From assembly GCF_963506605.1 (NCBI RefSeq), contig NC_083282.1, forward strand, positions 15,252,001 through 15,316,000: a stretch of 64,000 nucleotides of DNA, in the 5' to 3' direction. Each line of letters opens with the position of its first letter. Position 1 is the first letter of the stretch. The notes beneath the pieces were generated by a model. That model did no database searches and was not told the origin of the DNA. It saw only the letters and a list, made by a program, of their open reading frames with translations. The stretch is from Zootoca vivipara (Eukaryota). The position numbers and the translations under genes are program-made. Below are positions 26,186-40,399 of the stretch, piece after piece.

Positions 26186-28643
26186 AGACTCTATCAGAGG
26201 AGACAGCAAACAAGGAAGGCACACTCCCCAAAATTCCTGGGAAATTCCTAGCTGGGGGACTGAGACTAGGGAGCAGAGGGGGAAGGGGTCAGTGTCAGGA
26301 CTTGGACTAGGTTAAAAATGTGTCAAGTTATTTCCTGATTTTTTTTCTTTTTCTTTTAATAGCCAGGCTCATTTCAAAACCATTTTGGATATAAGCAGAG
26401 AGGCACCGGGAGTCAAATTATTTTAAACTGCACCCCCCTGGAAAGAGCTGTTGCTACTGCTTTCCTGCAGCAGTGCTTCTTAGGCTGATCTAGAGGCAAA
26501 GAAAAACAGAGTGAAGTTGTGACCCGTGTGATGGGAAAGCTGTCCATTGTGCTTCTTCCACTAGTAGGTCACAAACTAATTTTCTGCTTTTTCTTTCACT
26601 CCTACTCTGAAGGGAGAAGGAAAAGTTAGATTGGGGAGTAGGGGAAGCTGAGGGTAGAGTCCTGTGGGATAGGGGAGGAGGATTTTAGAATCAGAGCTCT
26701 TTTCTGAACTCTATGTAAAAGATAAGAATAGGAGAGTATGTCATCCTTCCCATTCTTAATTTTCTTTTCTTTGTTTCTCTGTTGTAGCAGGCTATGCCAA
26801 AAACGATTAAGTCAATGAAAATCTTGCTGTCTAGGTCAAAAGAAGTGGACAAGAGACCACGGCAGAAGTTTGACCACATTTATTATGAACAAAGCTTATT
26901 AAGAAAAAGAGAACAGAAAAACTACTTGATAATTTGTGAAACGGCTCGGGAGAGCGGGAGGGAACATTATGCATGATAAATGTGTACGTCTTCATGATAA
27001 AGCATGAAGGGGAAAAATACCTGAAAGAAATCACCACTCTTAAAAACATGCATCTTTAAAAGATTATAAGGAACATAAACAGCTAACCTGATTTATATTG
27101 CACTTTTAAAAAGCTGGCATTGTTTCAGAAAGCTAGCTAAGAAAAAGATAACGCTGTGAAAAAAGATAGTGGTACCTCTGCAAGAATAAAGGCAACCACA
27201 CAGAGAGAGGGGGGGGGCATATGTTAACATTTTAAACAGAAATTTACCCCCATAACTTTGTTTAAACACTAAGGCTTACTGATTTGAAAAATTAGAGAAA
27301 GGCTTAAGGTCTGTTTGTCTCTTACTCTTAACTATTAAACATCCTGCAGCATCCTCTCATGTTGATAAATGCAAGCAGAGAACAGTGCAAGAAGAGGCAA
27401 ATTAAATATTTGGGATTGCAGTACTGAGATTTGCCCTAAGCAGGTCTTAGAAGCCTTTAGTTTCAAACTAGAGGAACAAAATTACTGGGTGTGGACAGAC
27501 TATACAGCAGTCTGCTGCGATTTTAGTTAGAATTTTTTTATACACACAATTAACGTACTGTAAAACTCAACCAGGTCTATAGTGAGGAGGGGGAGAAAAA
27601 ACTTCAAGAGTACTTCATGAACCAAAATGTTGGCATACACTAGAAAATGGAAATGGGATGTTCAGTAAAGTGCTGAAATATTTATACATAGAAAATGAAT
27701 TTATACTTTCACTTCAAAATCACGACGAGTTCTGCAGTACTGGTAAAGAACAAAATCCAAAGCTTTCAAGATATCGGAATTACTATTTACTACTGGAAAA
27801 AATATTTGAGAACAAAAATCTTTTTTCAATTGTTCTGTTAATGCCACATTTTACTGCACAACCACTATTGATCTTGGTGCAAAGATGATTATGTCCCTTG
27901 AACTACTTTCATAGTTTTGGACATTTATCCTATTTTTGTCTAAATATAGCTGAACTAGATATCATTTAGCTGGACCCTTCTAAATCTACTCCTCCTAACA
28001 AGGTTAGGGAGAAGAGCAGAGCTAATGTTTTGGATACTTCAGGTGCCAAGTTTAATCTTCAGTTCAGAGAAACTCGGATAGCAAGGCTGGGAAAGACCTT
28101 TGCTTGGAGCCTTGGAAAATCACAGTAAGTTTGAGTATGATAGTACTGGGTTAGTACTATTTTTTACCCCACATGCTTCACAATTACCAATTTTAGAACT
28201 ATAGTAACTTATTTTATCTGTGCATCAGTTGCCCCCGTGCAAAAACAAAAGCAGTGCTTCTGGCCTATCTCACCAGTGATGTGATGCTAGAAAGAATATT
28301 TAAAATTATTAAATAGTTACAAAGCATTAGGTTTTTTAAAAAATGGACAAGCTGTTGGCTGGAACGCAACATTCCAAGTAAAGAACTTCAGGGCTATAAA
28401 AATATTAGCTTTAGAACAGAGGTGGCTAACCAATGGCTGGCCAGATGTTCCCACTAACCCCAACTTTTGGTCATGCTGGCTGGGGCTGATGGAAGCTGCA
28501 GTCCGACCACATCTGGAGGGCCACAGTTGGCCACCTGCTCTAGAGGAACAGATATTAACCTAACCTACAAATGTACCAGCTTTTAAGCAAAATACTAGGA
28601 TGCAAAGGAGTTGATTCACAGCAATCGATGCCACAGCATTCAG

Positions 28644-28827
28644 CATAGGAGCCAACTCCTAGGGTCTTTGGTTCCCCGATTAAATAGTTGAGGGGGCTAG
28701 CTCCTCCCCCAAGTTGATGGGAACTGCTATTCCAATGGCGAGCATGAACTGTGTCATGTGATTGATTGTGTCAGACGGGGCTTACCTGGCCCCAACCCCC
28801 AATATTTTATTTAAGTTGGCACCCCTG
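28644..28827. mobile_element. hAT-type MITE
   Basis: Termini cataggagccaact / agttggcacccctg. 8-bp TSD gcattcag at 28636-28643 and 28828-28835. Confidence 0.8.
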
Positions 28828-29228
28828 GCATTCAGCAAGTTGGGGAAAACTGAACCTGGGCTAGTTCTGGCTGCTTGCAAATCAAAACTTAATTTGCAAA
28901 CTGGGAGCCCACAGCCGAAAACAACTGCCACTCGCACCCAGACATTTTCCATATACCAACCACACTGGGTCTCTAAAGTGACACATAAATGCTGGGGTAT
29001 TTGTTGGGTGTTTTGGCCCATGAGCTCACAAAGGCTTTTACCAACAGCTGCTGTGGTTTGTGTTCACTGCACTTTGCCTTTCCACAACCAACCTTCGGAC
29101 TTGTTTACCTGGAGGGTTGTTGTTTTTCTAACTCTGGTGAGATGTTTAGCATTCCTCCTCACAGACGTTAAGAACATTTGCAATCTTAAGAGTCAATGGG
29201 AAAGGGATACTTGAACTGCATCGCTTAC

Positions 29229-29354
29229 TGGTTTGTATCTTAGAGCATCTCTGTAGGATCCAAATAACGCTGCTTGTGCCCTCAGGAAGGCCCTGGCTAC
29301 TCCATCACCGGTAGCTGTGGACTGCTTCTTCAGTTTATTTTTCAAGGCCGAGAC
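29229..29354 (-). CDS. DENND1B: DENND1B internal exon, dDENN: VSALKNKLKKQSTATGDGVARAFLRAQAALFGSYRDALRYKP
   Basis: ctctctgtcacgcag|GTC...CCA|gtaagc, 126 nt. The peptide is the DENND1B form as I recall it rather than the DENND1A form (KVSTTTGDG...YRNALKIEP). Confidence 0.96.
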
Positions 29355-31119
29355 CTGCGTGACAGAGAGGAGCAGTTAAATTAACACCTCAGAAATTGGT
29401 ACAGAGAGACACGAACCCAATCAGCAGGCAAACCATGGTGTCTGCAGGTCAGCCAAAAAGTCATCCTCTTCCTTGATAGCTTATCTTTTTAACTGCAAAG
29501 AACACCTGCTGGTCTGTTAATTGAAATGAAAGCAGGGGGGGATAGTAAACGGCTAATGCAAATTGGTTTATGCTCTCTTTTTTTCTCCAAGGCCTCTTGA
29601 CATAAATAAGCTTTAATTATTTTACAGTAAATGGCTTGTGAGCCTCTCCTACTGCAGATTTCTTGCCTCCATCATAACACGTGCCTACATGTCTAAGGCG
29701 GCACCGACCGGGTTTCTTTCATTTGTCTTTGTTACAAAGGTTTTTTTCTGGGAGGCTCAGTTGAAGCTCAGCTTGTCACTTAGGGCAGCCCTACGTAGTC
29801 CCAGGGCAGCCCTATATAGTCCCAGGACTCTTACTGATGGCTATTGGAGACCAACTCACAAGCGCACAAGAACAGACCTCACAAAAGTCTCACTGTGATA
29901 CTGAACAGGCCCTGATAACTATAGCTTTTTTAAAAAATTGTTGCATCACAAGGCGACTGCAGAAGCCAGGGAGGGACAAACGTGTTCGCAGTAACTCACA
30001 ATTAAACATTTAACTGTGGTTTAATGTGATGGGCAAATCAGGCCTCGGTGTGCAGCATATGCAAAATTTTGAGATTACAGCCACTGCCTTTATGCATATA
30101 TGAAGATGGCAATGCAGATGTCATACTTTGAAGGGGAAAAACGCCTGCACAAATGAATATCCTTTTGTTTCTTCTTCATGCAAGCAGTCACGGCTATTCT
30201 TGTCAGTGATGATTGTAATTGAAGCATCAATCTAATTAACAACTAAACTCTGAATAATGCTAATGAGAGCTGAACACGGCATCAGAGAAAAGACCAGCTC
30301 TACAGGTGATAAACCTTCACAGTAGTGACATTTTCCAGTGTAAAGTCATGGTTACTGTGATCTGATCAAAGAAACAGACCCCCATTGGGTCCAATTATAA
30401 CTATAGTTTTGTGGGGGAAAATATTGAGTTATGATGTTCATAATCTATGCAGAAAGGCCTTTACAGTATAGGTCTTTTCCCTATAGCTGTGATCTTTTCA
30501 ATTTATATCCAAACTCCATAGATCCAGATAAAAGTTTAGAGTCTGATTCATTTAGTCCATGGAGAGCCTACACCAATGTTCACTAAAACGTCTTTTAAAA
30601 CTACAAAAAATTACAATCTACAATTTTTAAAGTTACAGAGTTCAAGGTTGCAAAATAAATTTATGCAATAGTTAGTTTACTATTACACTGAGCTGTTTTT
30701 TTTTAAATTAAAGTATACATATGTCATATATAACCTTTGAAAAGACAAGGTGCAATAACAACTGCAGTTATATTTATTTATTTATACATTTATATACCAC
30801 TTTTTATCTTCCAAGGATCTCAATATGGTGTAAATTTCTCAATCACTGCAGTGTGGGACTGGCTTTGAAGTATGGCCAAAAATGTTTTTCCCCCTTTAAT
30901 TGGACATTTTCAGTATGTTCAAAAAAATGCTACAGAATGCAAGTGCCATGTTAAGAGGTAATATAACCTGCGGAACCATACAGTCTGACCGTAATCCAAA
31001 AGGAATTGCACTAGCTACCAATTAACTTGCAAGTTGAATTCTGTGTGCTGGTTTTGATTTATAAAGTCCTGAATGGTTTTGGCCTGTGGTTACCTGAAGA
31101 TGCATCTCTTTGTACAGGT

Positions 31120-31241
31120 CAGTGCTGTCAACTTTCCCTTTTTTGTGGGAAATTCCCTTATTCAGCTCCCTTACTTTCATATCCGGGAGTTGAAAGCCCC
31201 ATAGGATTCCTTTTCTTCAAATCCGAGGGTTGGCAGCTATG
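31120..31241. mobile_element. Short non-autonomous DNA transposon with 8-bp TSD, related by its termini to 54609-54953
   Basis: Termini cagtgctgtcaac / gttggcagctatg. TSD gtacaggt at 31112-31119 and 31242-31249. Confidence 0.75.
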
Positions 31242-31990
31242 GTACAGGTGTCTCCCCCCCCCCAAAAAAAACCTCTGTGTGAGCATCAAGGTCAGCCAGA
31301 AAGACCCTGTTGTAGGTTACAAGTCCATCTGAAACTTGGCAAGTGGTTACCAGGTTTAAGGCCACCTATTTGAAGCACTTTCCTCCCTGTGGAACTTGTT
31401 CTGGAGGGAATCTTGTGTCAGGTTAGTTCATGTCAAGTTTTTAGAGAAAGATGACAAGATATGCATTTTCAGAAAAGCTGAGTGGTCCCACTACGAATGA
31501 TCGACTTGAATTTACTAGTGGCTGCTGTCCTCCTGCTGTGGGACGCTCTTTAGTGTAAAGAATTTGTTGTAATTATATTCTAATAGCTATTTATTAAGGG
31601 GCTTAAATGATAAGCAGATTGAGGAGCAAATTTCAGCTGCTACGTAGAATAAACATGTGATAAGGTGTTATATTAAAAGACGTTCCTGAGAATATCCTAG
31701 CTTTCCCTCTTTGACGTAAAGAACTGTGACAGAGTGCAGCTGCTAGGACATTTGTGGAGGCCAGGCATTCAAAGCATAGAACAACAATGTTGTACCGGTT
31801 GCATTGGCTTCCTAGGTTCACTTCAAAGTGCTGCTGATAACCTTTAAAGTCCTAAATAGCTTGGTATCATGTTATTTAAAGTATCTCCTATGAACCTGTC
31901 TACACCTTAAGTTCATGGGCCGAGTTCCATCAGATTAGCAGTCACTCGAGTTAGCCTTTTTGGTGCTAGTGCTTCACCTTTGAAAATGTC

Positions 31991-33033
31991 TCTCACTTGT
32001 GGGCTCTCACTTGTGGGGTGCCTCAGGGTTCTGTCCTCTCCCCCATGCTTTTTAACATCTACATGCAGCCGCTGGGAGAGATCATCAGGGGGTTTGGGCT
32101 GGGTGTTCATCAGTATGCAGATGATACCCAGCTCTACCTCTCTTTCAAATCAGAACCAGTGAAGGCGGTGAAGGTCCTGTGTGAGTGTCTGGAGGCGGTT
32201 GGGAGATGGATGGCAGCTAACAGACTGAGGTTGAATCCTGACAAGACTGTTTGTGGGGGACAGGAGGCGGGCAGGTGTGGAGGACTCCCTGGTCCTGAAT
32301 GGGGTAACTGTGCCACTGAAGGACCAGGTGAGCAGCCTGGGAGTCATTTTGGACTCACAGCTGTCCATGGAGGCGCAGGTCAGTTCTGTGTCCAGGGCAG
32401 CTGTCTCTCAGCTCCATCTGGTACGCAGGCTGAGACCCTACCTGCCCACAGACTGTCTCTCCAGAGTGGTGCATGCTCTAGTTATCTCCCGCTTGGACTA
32501 CTGCAATGCACTCTACGTGGGGCTACCTTTGAAGGTGACTCGGAAACTACAACTAATCCAGAATGCAGCAGCTAGACTGGTGACTGGGAGCGGCCGCCGA
32601 GACCACATAACACCGGTCTTGAAAGATCTACATTGGCTCCCAGTACGTTTCCGAGCACAATTCAAAGTGTTGGTGCTGACCTTTAAAGCCCTAAATGGTC
32701 TCGGTCCAATATACCTGAAGGAGCGTCTCCACCCCCATCATTCTGCCGGGACACTGAGATCCTGTACTGAGGGCCTTCGGGGGGTTCCCTCATTGCGAGA
32801 AGCTAAGTTGCAGGGAACCGGGCAGAGGGCCTTCTCGGTAGTGGCGCCCGCCCTGTGGAACGCCCTCCCAGCAGATGTCAAAGAGAAAAACAGTTACCAG
32901 ATTTTCAGAAGACATCTGAAGGCAGCCCTGTTTAGGGATGCTTTTAATGTTTAATACTGTAGATTATTTATTTTATTTTTCTGTTGGAAGCTGCCCAGAG
33001 TGGCTGGGAAAACCCAGCGAGATGGGCAGGGTG

Positions 33034-33089
<56 letters not shown>
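31991..33089 (+). mobile_element. L2-clade LINE, 5'-truncated with one frameshift and an (ATT)n tail
   Basis: GVPQGSVLSPMLFNIY, YADDTQLY, RLDYCN and HITPVLKDLHWLPV in ORFs 31997..32575 and 32253..32954. Confidence 0.95.
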
Positions 33090-33091
<2 letters not shown>

Positions 33092-35133
33092 CTCTGCAAA
33101 ACAGATACAATATGGTCCAATAAATGAACTGTTTCCATTTGCATCTGTTATGTATGTTACAAACATGGCTTTCACTTGCTATTGTTTTACCTGTGCAGTT
33201 CGGATTTTAATCATTTGTAAGCCACTTCAGGAGGACTTTGCCTCCAAACACAGTATACAAATACTTTAAATAAAGAAATAAAATGAATTCAACACTACGT
33301 ATTAAGAGATGAACACTATGTTGGTACTTCAGATTAAACATACACACACACACTACAAAGACATACACATAGATTCACTCTCACACATTTACTACACTCT
33401 GTTGACATAAAAACCTTAGAATCATGAATCAGGTTGCTTGATTCTCATCCCTACTGATTTCCACCACACTCCAATCTAACTGGCATACAAGAAAAACTAA
33501 TGAGAATTATTAAACTACTGTATCAAAAGTAAACTTCTGTTCTTAATGAAGCCACTATTCATTTAGGGGAGGAGGCTATATCTCTCAAGTGTGAGACAAA
33601 TGCACAGTGAAATGATGTATTGCAAAAGCCAAGTATGTTTGGCAGAAGACAGGAATAGGGCTTTTTCCTCCTGAAAGAGAAACAAAGGATTCCCGAAAAG
33701 CCTTACTTTGATTTATTTTTCCAATTTTGAATACCTTAGGAGTAGCGGAACTGCTACTGGCATGGTAGTATTACTAACAGTCAATAAATCTAAAATATTA
33801 TGTGTGAATATTGGAATGAAGCCATTAAGAAGATTACAGCACACAACACAGCAGAGGGTCCACATGAAAAAAAGGACGGGTAATTCAGGACAACTGTGAC
33901 CGCTGACCTCTGAACAGTCGAGACCACTGGTCAATCTGACAAACTAATAGAGTTCACATGCATAGAAAGTCATCTAGCCTGTAAGTATAATTTAGATGCT
34001 TTGGCGAATGATTTAAAAAGGCCCGTTAAGTCTCAGGTAATTTATTAAAGAGTTGATTAGGCACAATGCCGAACAGTAATGTTTTTCAGATTTCAACTGA
34101 TAACTTTTTCTTTAGAATGAAAAACCGTCCACAATAAGTGAGACATTTCCATATTAAACAGCACTGAGAACATATGCTGTTAAAACTACTGTAGGCTGAA
34201 CAGTAGATATAAACTTTATATAATGATATAAGCTTTAGCCTTCATGCGGGGCGGGGGGGGGGGGAATCAGAAGTCACTGAAAAGATTAAAAAGCCATTCT
34301 AATTTGAGATCATTACTGTTTAAGGAAACCTTTTTTAAAAAAAGAAAATTAAATTAGTCTTTAGACGATGGCAGTTAAACTTCATAGGTGTATCCTTCAT
34401 TTTTCAGTTGCCTTCACTGCTACTCTTTTTTATCTTTTTGAATATAAAGGTCGGCAATGAGAGATTAAAGATATAAAATTATGAGCCTTATGTCATATAT
34501 GCAGGTATATATTTACATCTACGTATGTTAAATAATTGTGTAAATACTTATAAAATTTGGCATCAATTTTTTTGGTTACTCAATAGAATGTCAACAATAT
34601 TGTTGCAATTTACTGTCAACACTGATACAGGCATATGAATACTTACTCTTACTGTTGAATAATACAGTGTTGCCCTTTATCAAGTAAAAAGTCTGTAGAG
34701 GCTGCATAGCTGCACAGTGCACATAGCCTACGCCTGTATGTGTTTTTAATTAACAAATTAGCATGAGGAAGGTTTTTATGGTAGAGTTGGAATGAAAGGG
34801 ATCAGGACAGTAAAAATATCAAATAACAAAACAAACCTTGTTTTAGCAGAGGGGGGCGGATTGAATTATGGAATATACATAAGGTATTTCCTTATTTTGC
34901 TATATATTTTATACAATGATGCACCTTTGTAAAATGCCTGTTGTTTACTGAGTGAATACAAGAAAACCTAATTAATATTAGTAGCTTGTAGGCTTGCATG
35001 TAGTTGCAGACACTGATCCAAAAAGGTTGAAGTGTTTTCACTTACTATTTGTCCCCATTCAGAGAAGTACAAGAATCCAATCCACATACCGTGTGAAAAA
35101 GTTAGTCTGCTCATGTAAGAGCTTGGTGAGTTC

Positions 35134-35315
35134 CCGTATTTACTTGAATATAACACTCACTTTTTTGTCCAAATTGCATTGTGAAAATTAAGGTGTGCAT
35201 TAGATCAGACGGCACATTTACATTTGCCAGCAAAAAAAAAAAATTGGGGTTTCAAGGTTCTGGGAATTGAGGTGCGCATTCGATTTGATGTTTCATTCAA
35301 CTTGAGTAAATATGG
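35134..35315. mobile_element. Old Tc2-like MITE
   Basis: Termini ccgtatttacttgaat / acttgagtaaatatgg. Confidence 0.6.
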
Positions 35316-37394
35316 CATTTGAAGTACCTAGGGCCTTAAGGTACCATATTTAATCCAGGGTATCTTGGTGAGATTATTCAAAAGCCTCAGACATCTCCCC
35401 ACTGGATGTACTTGTTTTAGGAAATCTCTGTGTATATATTTTTTCAGTTAGGAAAAAAAGGCATACAGGGATGCAGAAATTGTACTTAGTTGCTATTAGT
35501 ACTATGTTAGTTGTTAACTATGGTGTGTGTAAAATGGGCCGAAGAAATGTTGTTTCCTCCCATGGAAAAGTGCTGGGCAACATTTTCCAAGCCAAGATAT
35601 TGTCATTAAGGAAACTATAAAATTCGCATGATGAAGTTGTGACTCGCCCATCATTTTGCATAAGTTTACACAATCCTTCTAGCCAGTTTTGACTAGTGAG
35701 CATAAGGAAAGCTGGGTTGTAGCCTATAGACACACACACAAAAAAAAAACCCTATGTAATGGGAAATCCCCACTGGGTGCAAAGTGCATTCTGCTGTTCA
35801 CAAAAGAGAACTGAGAGTCCCCTGTGTGTTCAGAACTCTGCATGCGCTTTGAAACTACTCTAGCTTCAGGGTCTAATAAGCTAATTTCATTTTGGTGATT
35901 CAGACGGCAAGATCAACATATATGTATTATATTTAAGGAATGAATGGCTTGTTTTGGCACAATAAAATAGATTCAAATTTATGAGAATAAGTAGACTTGT
36001 GGATAAGGTGGGTTATACATCTAAAAATAATTTGAGCGCCACAATCAGTCGAGAAAACACCCATTTTTGTTTCTTTTCTCTGCCCCCACTCCCACCCAAC
36101 AGCAAAGAACAAATGTATTCAGCTGAATATTTAATCTGCTTCTGGTCAAGATTAATTACTCCAAAAAGTATATGATAATTTAATACAGGAACTAAATATC
36201 TTGTGGTCTCAAATTAATTTACAATGAAAATAAAAAACATTAAAATGCCTTCAGTGTCCTATTGCCTTGAACTGTGGTATATTTCTTAAAAAGCACATAA
36301 AACCTAACACTCATTTTATGAATAATAGATTATTATTTCATTCTCATTATGGAACATTTACCAACATCTAGATATGTAACAACAGCTTTTACTAAATTCT
36401 GCCTCAAAAATGCACACAATATGATAAGTTGAGCATTTTTTTTTTCAAAACCATGATGCAGGATAGCAAGGGAAAGTAAAATGCTATTTTGGGGGGAGAG
36501 ATCTTATTTAACATGAAATGTAGAATATGTTCCATTATAAGCAGCAGGAGGGGAAAATCTCTATAAGATCAAAGTCCAGGAGGAACTGGCATTTAATTTA
36601 TCTTCCTTTACAGACAAAAGACAGTTTTCGTCATTTTCAAAAGGATCCAATGTCTTTTATGACAAACTGGGTTTGCAGTTTAATTTACAAATAGAATTAT
36701 AAGTAAGCAGTCTTTGCTCTGCCAAAGCAAATGACAAACAGAGTGGGATTTTCAGTTCATGCAGCCCTCAGCAGGATAGAAGAGATTAAAATAAAACTGA
36801 AATAATTTAGAGAAAACAAATAAATGTTTCAGAAAGTTGAATGAGATCAAAGTGTGCATTTTCTGACCCCAACTGTACAAGCATTTCTTATTATATTGAC
36901 CAGTGTCATCAGATCATTAATTAAAAGGAGATGTGCTGGCAGGTGGCAGGGAACCAGAAGCCGATAATTGGCCCCCTTCTTCTTTTTGCCTTCAAAAACT
37001 CTTCTTCTTCTTCTTCTTCTTTTGCAAGATATGCCACTAGGCAGACAGAAATGCCTACTTTGTAATATAATGATTAAAATGAGATGAAGAGACTCTTGCG
37101 TTTAAAGCAGCTATGCCTAATGAATGCAGCTAGCTTTATAATTATCTTTTTTTCTCTTTCTTTTTTTACAATACGAAGCATGATGCTCCACTCAACGTGT
37201 CCTCAACTGTCAAAAACAGGTAAAAAAAAAAACACCAAACACTCTTAAATAGGAAATATACAGCTGGTGGCATAATGTTATTTTTGTGGGGGAAGGGGCA
37301 TTCTTTTCATTTCAGCTAGTAAAAGCAGGCAAAAACGACAGCGATTCAAGCAGCTAAGAGGATAAAACCAACGAATGAAACCTCTCAGGCTTAC

Positions 37395-37496
37395 CACTTC
37401 ACTTGGTAGGTTGCTCAGGTCATTAAAAGGAGTTTCCAAAGTGTTTGTGTCAACGTTTAGCATCACCACATCCTCCAGTGATTTACTTTTCACTCT
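37395..37496 (-). CDS. DENND1B: DENND1B internal exon: [34 protein letters not shown]
   Basis: ttccttgtacag|AGAGTG...GAAGTG|gtaagc, 102 nt. Also visible within ORF 37278..37493. Confidence 0.95.
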
Positions 37497-37813
37497 CTGT
37501 ACAAGGAAACAAAATGGGTTACAAGCATCTTAATGCATCATTTGCTTATTTTAATAAGGTAAAATGCTTCTGGTAACTGGGGATTCAGCAAAGTAGGAAC
37601 ATAAAGAAATATGGCAATATTTTCCTAGCCTGCTTTTTCTTGTACTAAGGGCCAGCAGAGAATCTTTACACAACACAAAATTAATTTATGGAATTAATCA
37701 CTAGAAGATATGGCAATGTCTGCTATCTTACATGGCTTTAAGTGGGATTAAACAAATCCCACTATCATGGGGGTTGTATAGTTCTCTAGGATCAGATACA
37801 GTATGCCACTGAA

Positions 37814-38290
37814 TTCTTCTTCTTTCTGCTTTGGCGATCACTCGTAGCTGAGTAAGATTGTCTTCCAGAACAGGGTTTTAATAGTAAGTCCGTAAGTGAC
37901 TGTGGAGGCCAATTCTGGATCCACACCTCCTTACCACAGTGAGGACATAGGTTTCCGGGCGGGAGTCGATCACAGTGAGGGTTTGCCAAGCATGCCGTCC
38001 TCTTAGCACATTTCTCCCTTTCTTCCTGAGTTCAAGCGTCTTCAAAGTCCATGATAACTTTGGTAAAGGCTGTTCTGCAATTGGAGCGCTCGCAGGCCAG
38101 TGTTTCCCAGCTGTCTGTGTTTATACTACATTTTTTTAGATTTGCCTTGAGAGAGTCTTTAAACCTCTTTGGTTGACTACCAGCATTACGCTTTCCATTT
38201 TTAAGTTTGGAATAGAGTAGTTGCTTTGGGAGACGATAATCAGGCATCTGCACAACATGACCAGTCCAAAGAAGTTGAGGTTGAAGAATC
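37814..38290 (-). mobile_element. RTE-clade LINE 3' fragment, same family as 3981-4529
   Basis: QLLWTGHVVQMPDYRLPKQLLYSKLKNGKRNAG...LCPHCGK with a (GAA)n tail. It is a near reverse complement of 4056-4529. Confidence 0.88.
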
Positions 38291-38909
38291 TGCTCAGGCC
38301 CACAGGCCACTACAGTTACTAACTGAACTACAAGCAAAGAAGTTTCCATGGTGCCATCTTGGAGCACTTTCTTTGCCTTCTGACAAATTGGGGTAAGAGG
38401 GGGGCTATCAAAAGTAGGTACCATAAATTAAATTAAGAGAGCCAAATAAATCTGCAGTTATGAATCACCTGTGATGAATCTCACTCAAGTTCATGCAACT
38501 GACTGATGCTTTCAAATTCCTTAGGAAAAAGTTCTATCATATTCCAGCTAAAACAACAAAATAAGCACCAGTCCTTCCAAGGCAGCTGTATGATAGGTGT
38601 AATTCTTCAAACTTGCCAAGACATAGATTACTTCCTAAAATATATATATATATATACTTCTCTACTTGACAACATGCTATATAATATCTGAATAAGAAAT
38701 ATCAGAAAAAAAATCACACATGTAACTTACTTGTTACCAAGCAACCAGTTGTACACACACAAACACTAGCTAGCTTAAAAAAATCAGTATTCACTCACGA
38801 GCTACATATTTTAAGAAGCAATATATAATAAATAATAACACTAGCATATCACAAGGAGCTGGTTCTCTTTCCTTTCCAGTTACCCCCTCCTTCCATATTA
38901 GAGGCCTAG

Positions 38910-39256
38910 GTAAAGGGACCCCTAACCATTAGGTCCAGTCGCGGACGACTCTGGGGTTGCGGCGCTCATCTCGCTTTACTGGCCAAGGGAGCCGGTATAC
39001 AGCTTCCGGGTCATGTGGCCACCATGACTAAGCCGCTTCTGGCGAACCAGAGCAGCGCACGGAAATACTCTTTACCTTCCCGCCGGAGCGGTACCTATTT
39101 ATCTACTTGCATTCTGATATGCTTTCAAACTGCTAGGTTGGCAGAAGCAGGGACCGAGCAACGGGATCTCACCCCGTTGCGGTGATTCGAACCGCCGACC
39201 TTCTGATCGGCAAGCCCTAGGCTCTGTGGTTTAACCCACAGCGCCACCCGCGTCCC
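38910..39256 (-). mobile_element. Full-length Sauria SINE
   Basis: Starts gggacgcgggtggcgctgtgg and has a B box (ggttcgaatc). TSD attagaggcctag at 38897-38909 and 39257-39269. Confidence 0.95.
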
Positions 39257-39703
39257 ATTAGAGGCCTAGATGCTGCTAAAAGAGCGGAGCACAAAGTGAC
39301 TGTTGCAGTGCTAGCAAAAGCCCATGCTGAAGAGGACCACAAATGAAGGACAAAAACAGGCTGAGGAATATTCAGGATAGGTTCAGTGGTTCACCCGAAG
39401 AAATGTACTCGTACACTGCAGCTACTGAAAATGTGAATCCCCCCCATCTAATTCCATTTTCCAGCAACACAGGATACCAAATAAAAGACATGTGGCTGAA
39501 GGGACCCACTTTCCGTACAGTCGTTTCCAGTTCATCTCCTGCAATAATGCCAGGGTTACTTTTCAAATTTCTGCTGAAGACAGCTTCACTTTTTTTCACT
39601 CTGAATACTTTTCAGGACAAAGGAGGAAGTTGTAGGAGAACAAACCTCATATATATGCTCATGCGCCAAATGCATAGAGAAATGAAAAGGCAGCCTGACT
39701 CAC

Positions 39704-39749
39704 CTCCATTAAACTGAAGTGAACTCCAATCAGGTATGGCATGGGTGCA
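39704..39749 (-). CDS. DENND1B: DENND1B internal exon: (C)APMPYLIGVHFSLME
   Basis: ttttaatttcag|T GCA CCC ATG...ATG GAG|gtgagt. It is 46 nt, completes the phase-2 codon of the previous exon and contains the DENN APMPYLIG motif. Confidence 0.95.
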
Positions 39750-40219
39750 CTGAAATTAAAAGAAAATGAAACAAAGTGAACTACAGTTAGAAAACCTAAA
39801 ATACTAGCATCTCTAATCACTTTGCCGTATTTGCCTGCAAAGCTACTGTAAGATGGTAGTTTGCAACTGTCAATGGTAGTGTGCCAGTGAATATTTAAGA
39901 ATGGCAATTGGTCTAGAGATCTCATCTTCAATTGCAGGTCAGGATCCACAAGTGGGTTGTGCCGTGATCCAAGGTGAGTCACAACAGGAGAATTGCCACC
40001 ATGAAAATATATGGTAGAAATTAAGAAATGGGTCCCTAAATGCATGTTTGGTTTAAAAGTGGGTCTCGGGTCTCAAAAGGCTGGAGATATCTGGTCCAGA
40101 GGATACTCCGGTATACACAAGCTTTCATTTATTATAGCACTTTCCCCCCTCCCAGTTTCAGCCCAGCATATTCAAGTTGATTTCCTAATTATTCATTTCA
40201 ACACAATTTATAAAAAGTA

Positions 40220-40399
40220 AAATAAAAAAACTCCTTCAGTAGCACCTTAAAGACCAACTAAGTTTATATTTTGGTATGAGCTTTCGTGTGCATGCACACG
40301 AAAGCTCATACCAAAATATAAACTTAGTTGATCTTTAAGGTGCTACTGAAGGAGTTTTTTTATTTTGCTTCGACTCAGACCAACACGGCTACCTACCTG
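40220..40399. mobile_element. Penelope-like pLTR fragment inserted as a fold-back palindrome
   Basis: Homologous to 59821-59895. 148-bp palindrome at 40219-40366. 12-bp direct repeat ttataaaaagta at 40208-40219 and 40400-40411. Confidence 0.85.

Noticed and set aside
38910-39256. tRNA gene suggested by A/B boxes
   Set aside because: The boxes belong to the tRNA-derived head of a Sauria SINE, and there is no full cloverleaf.
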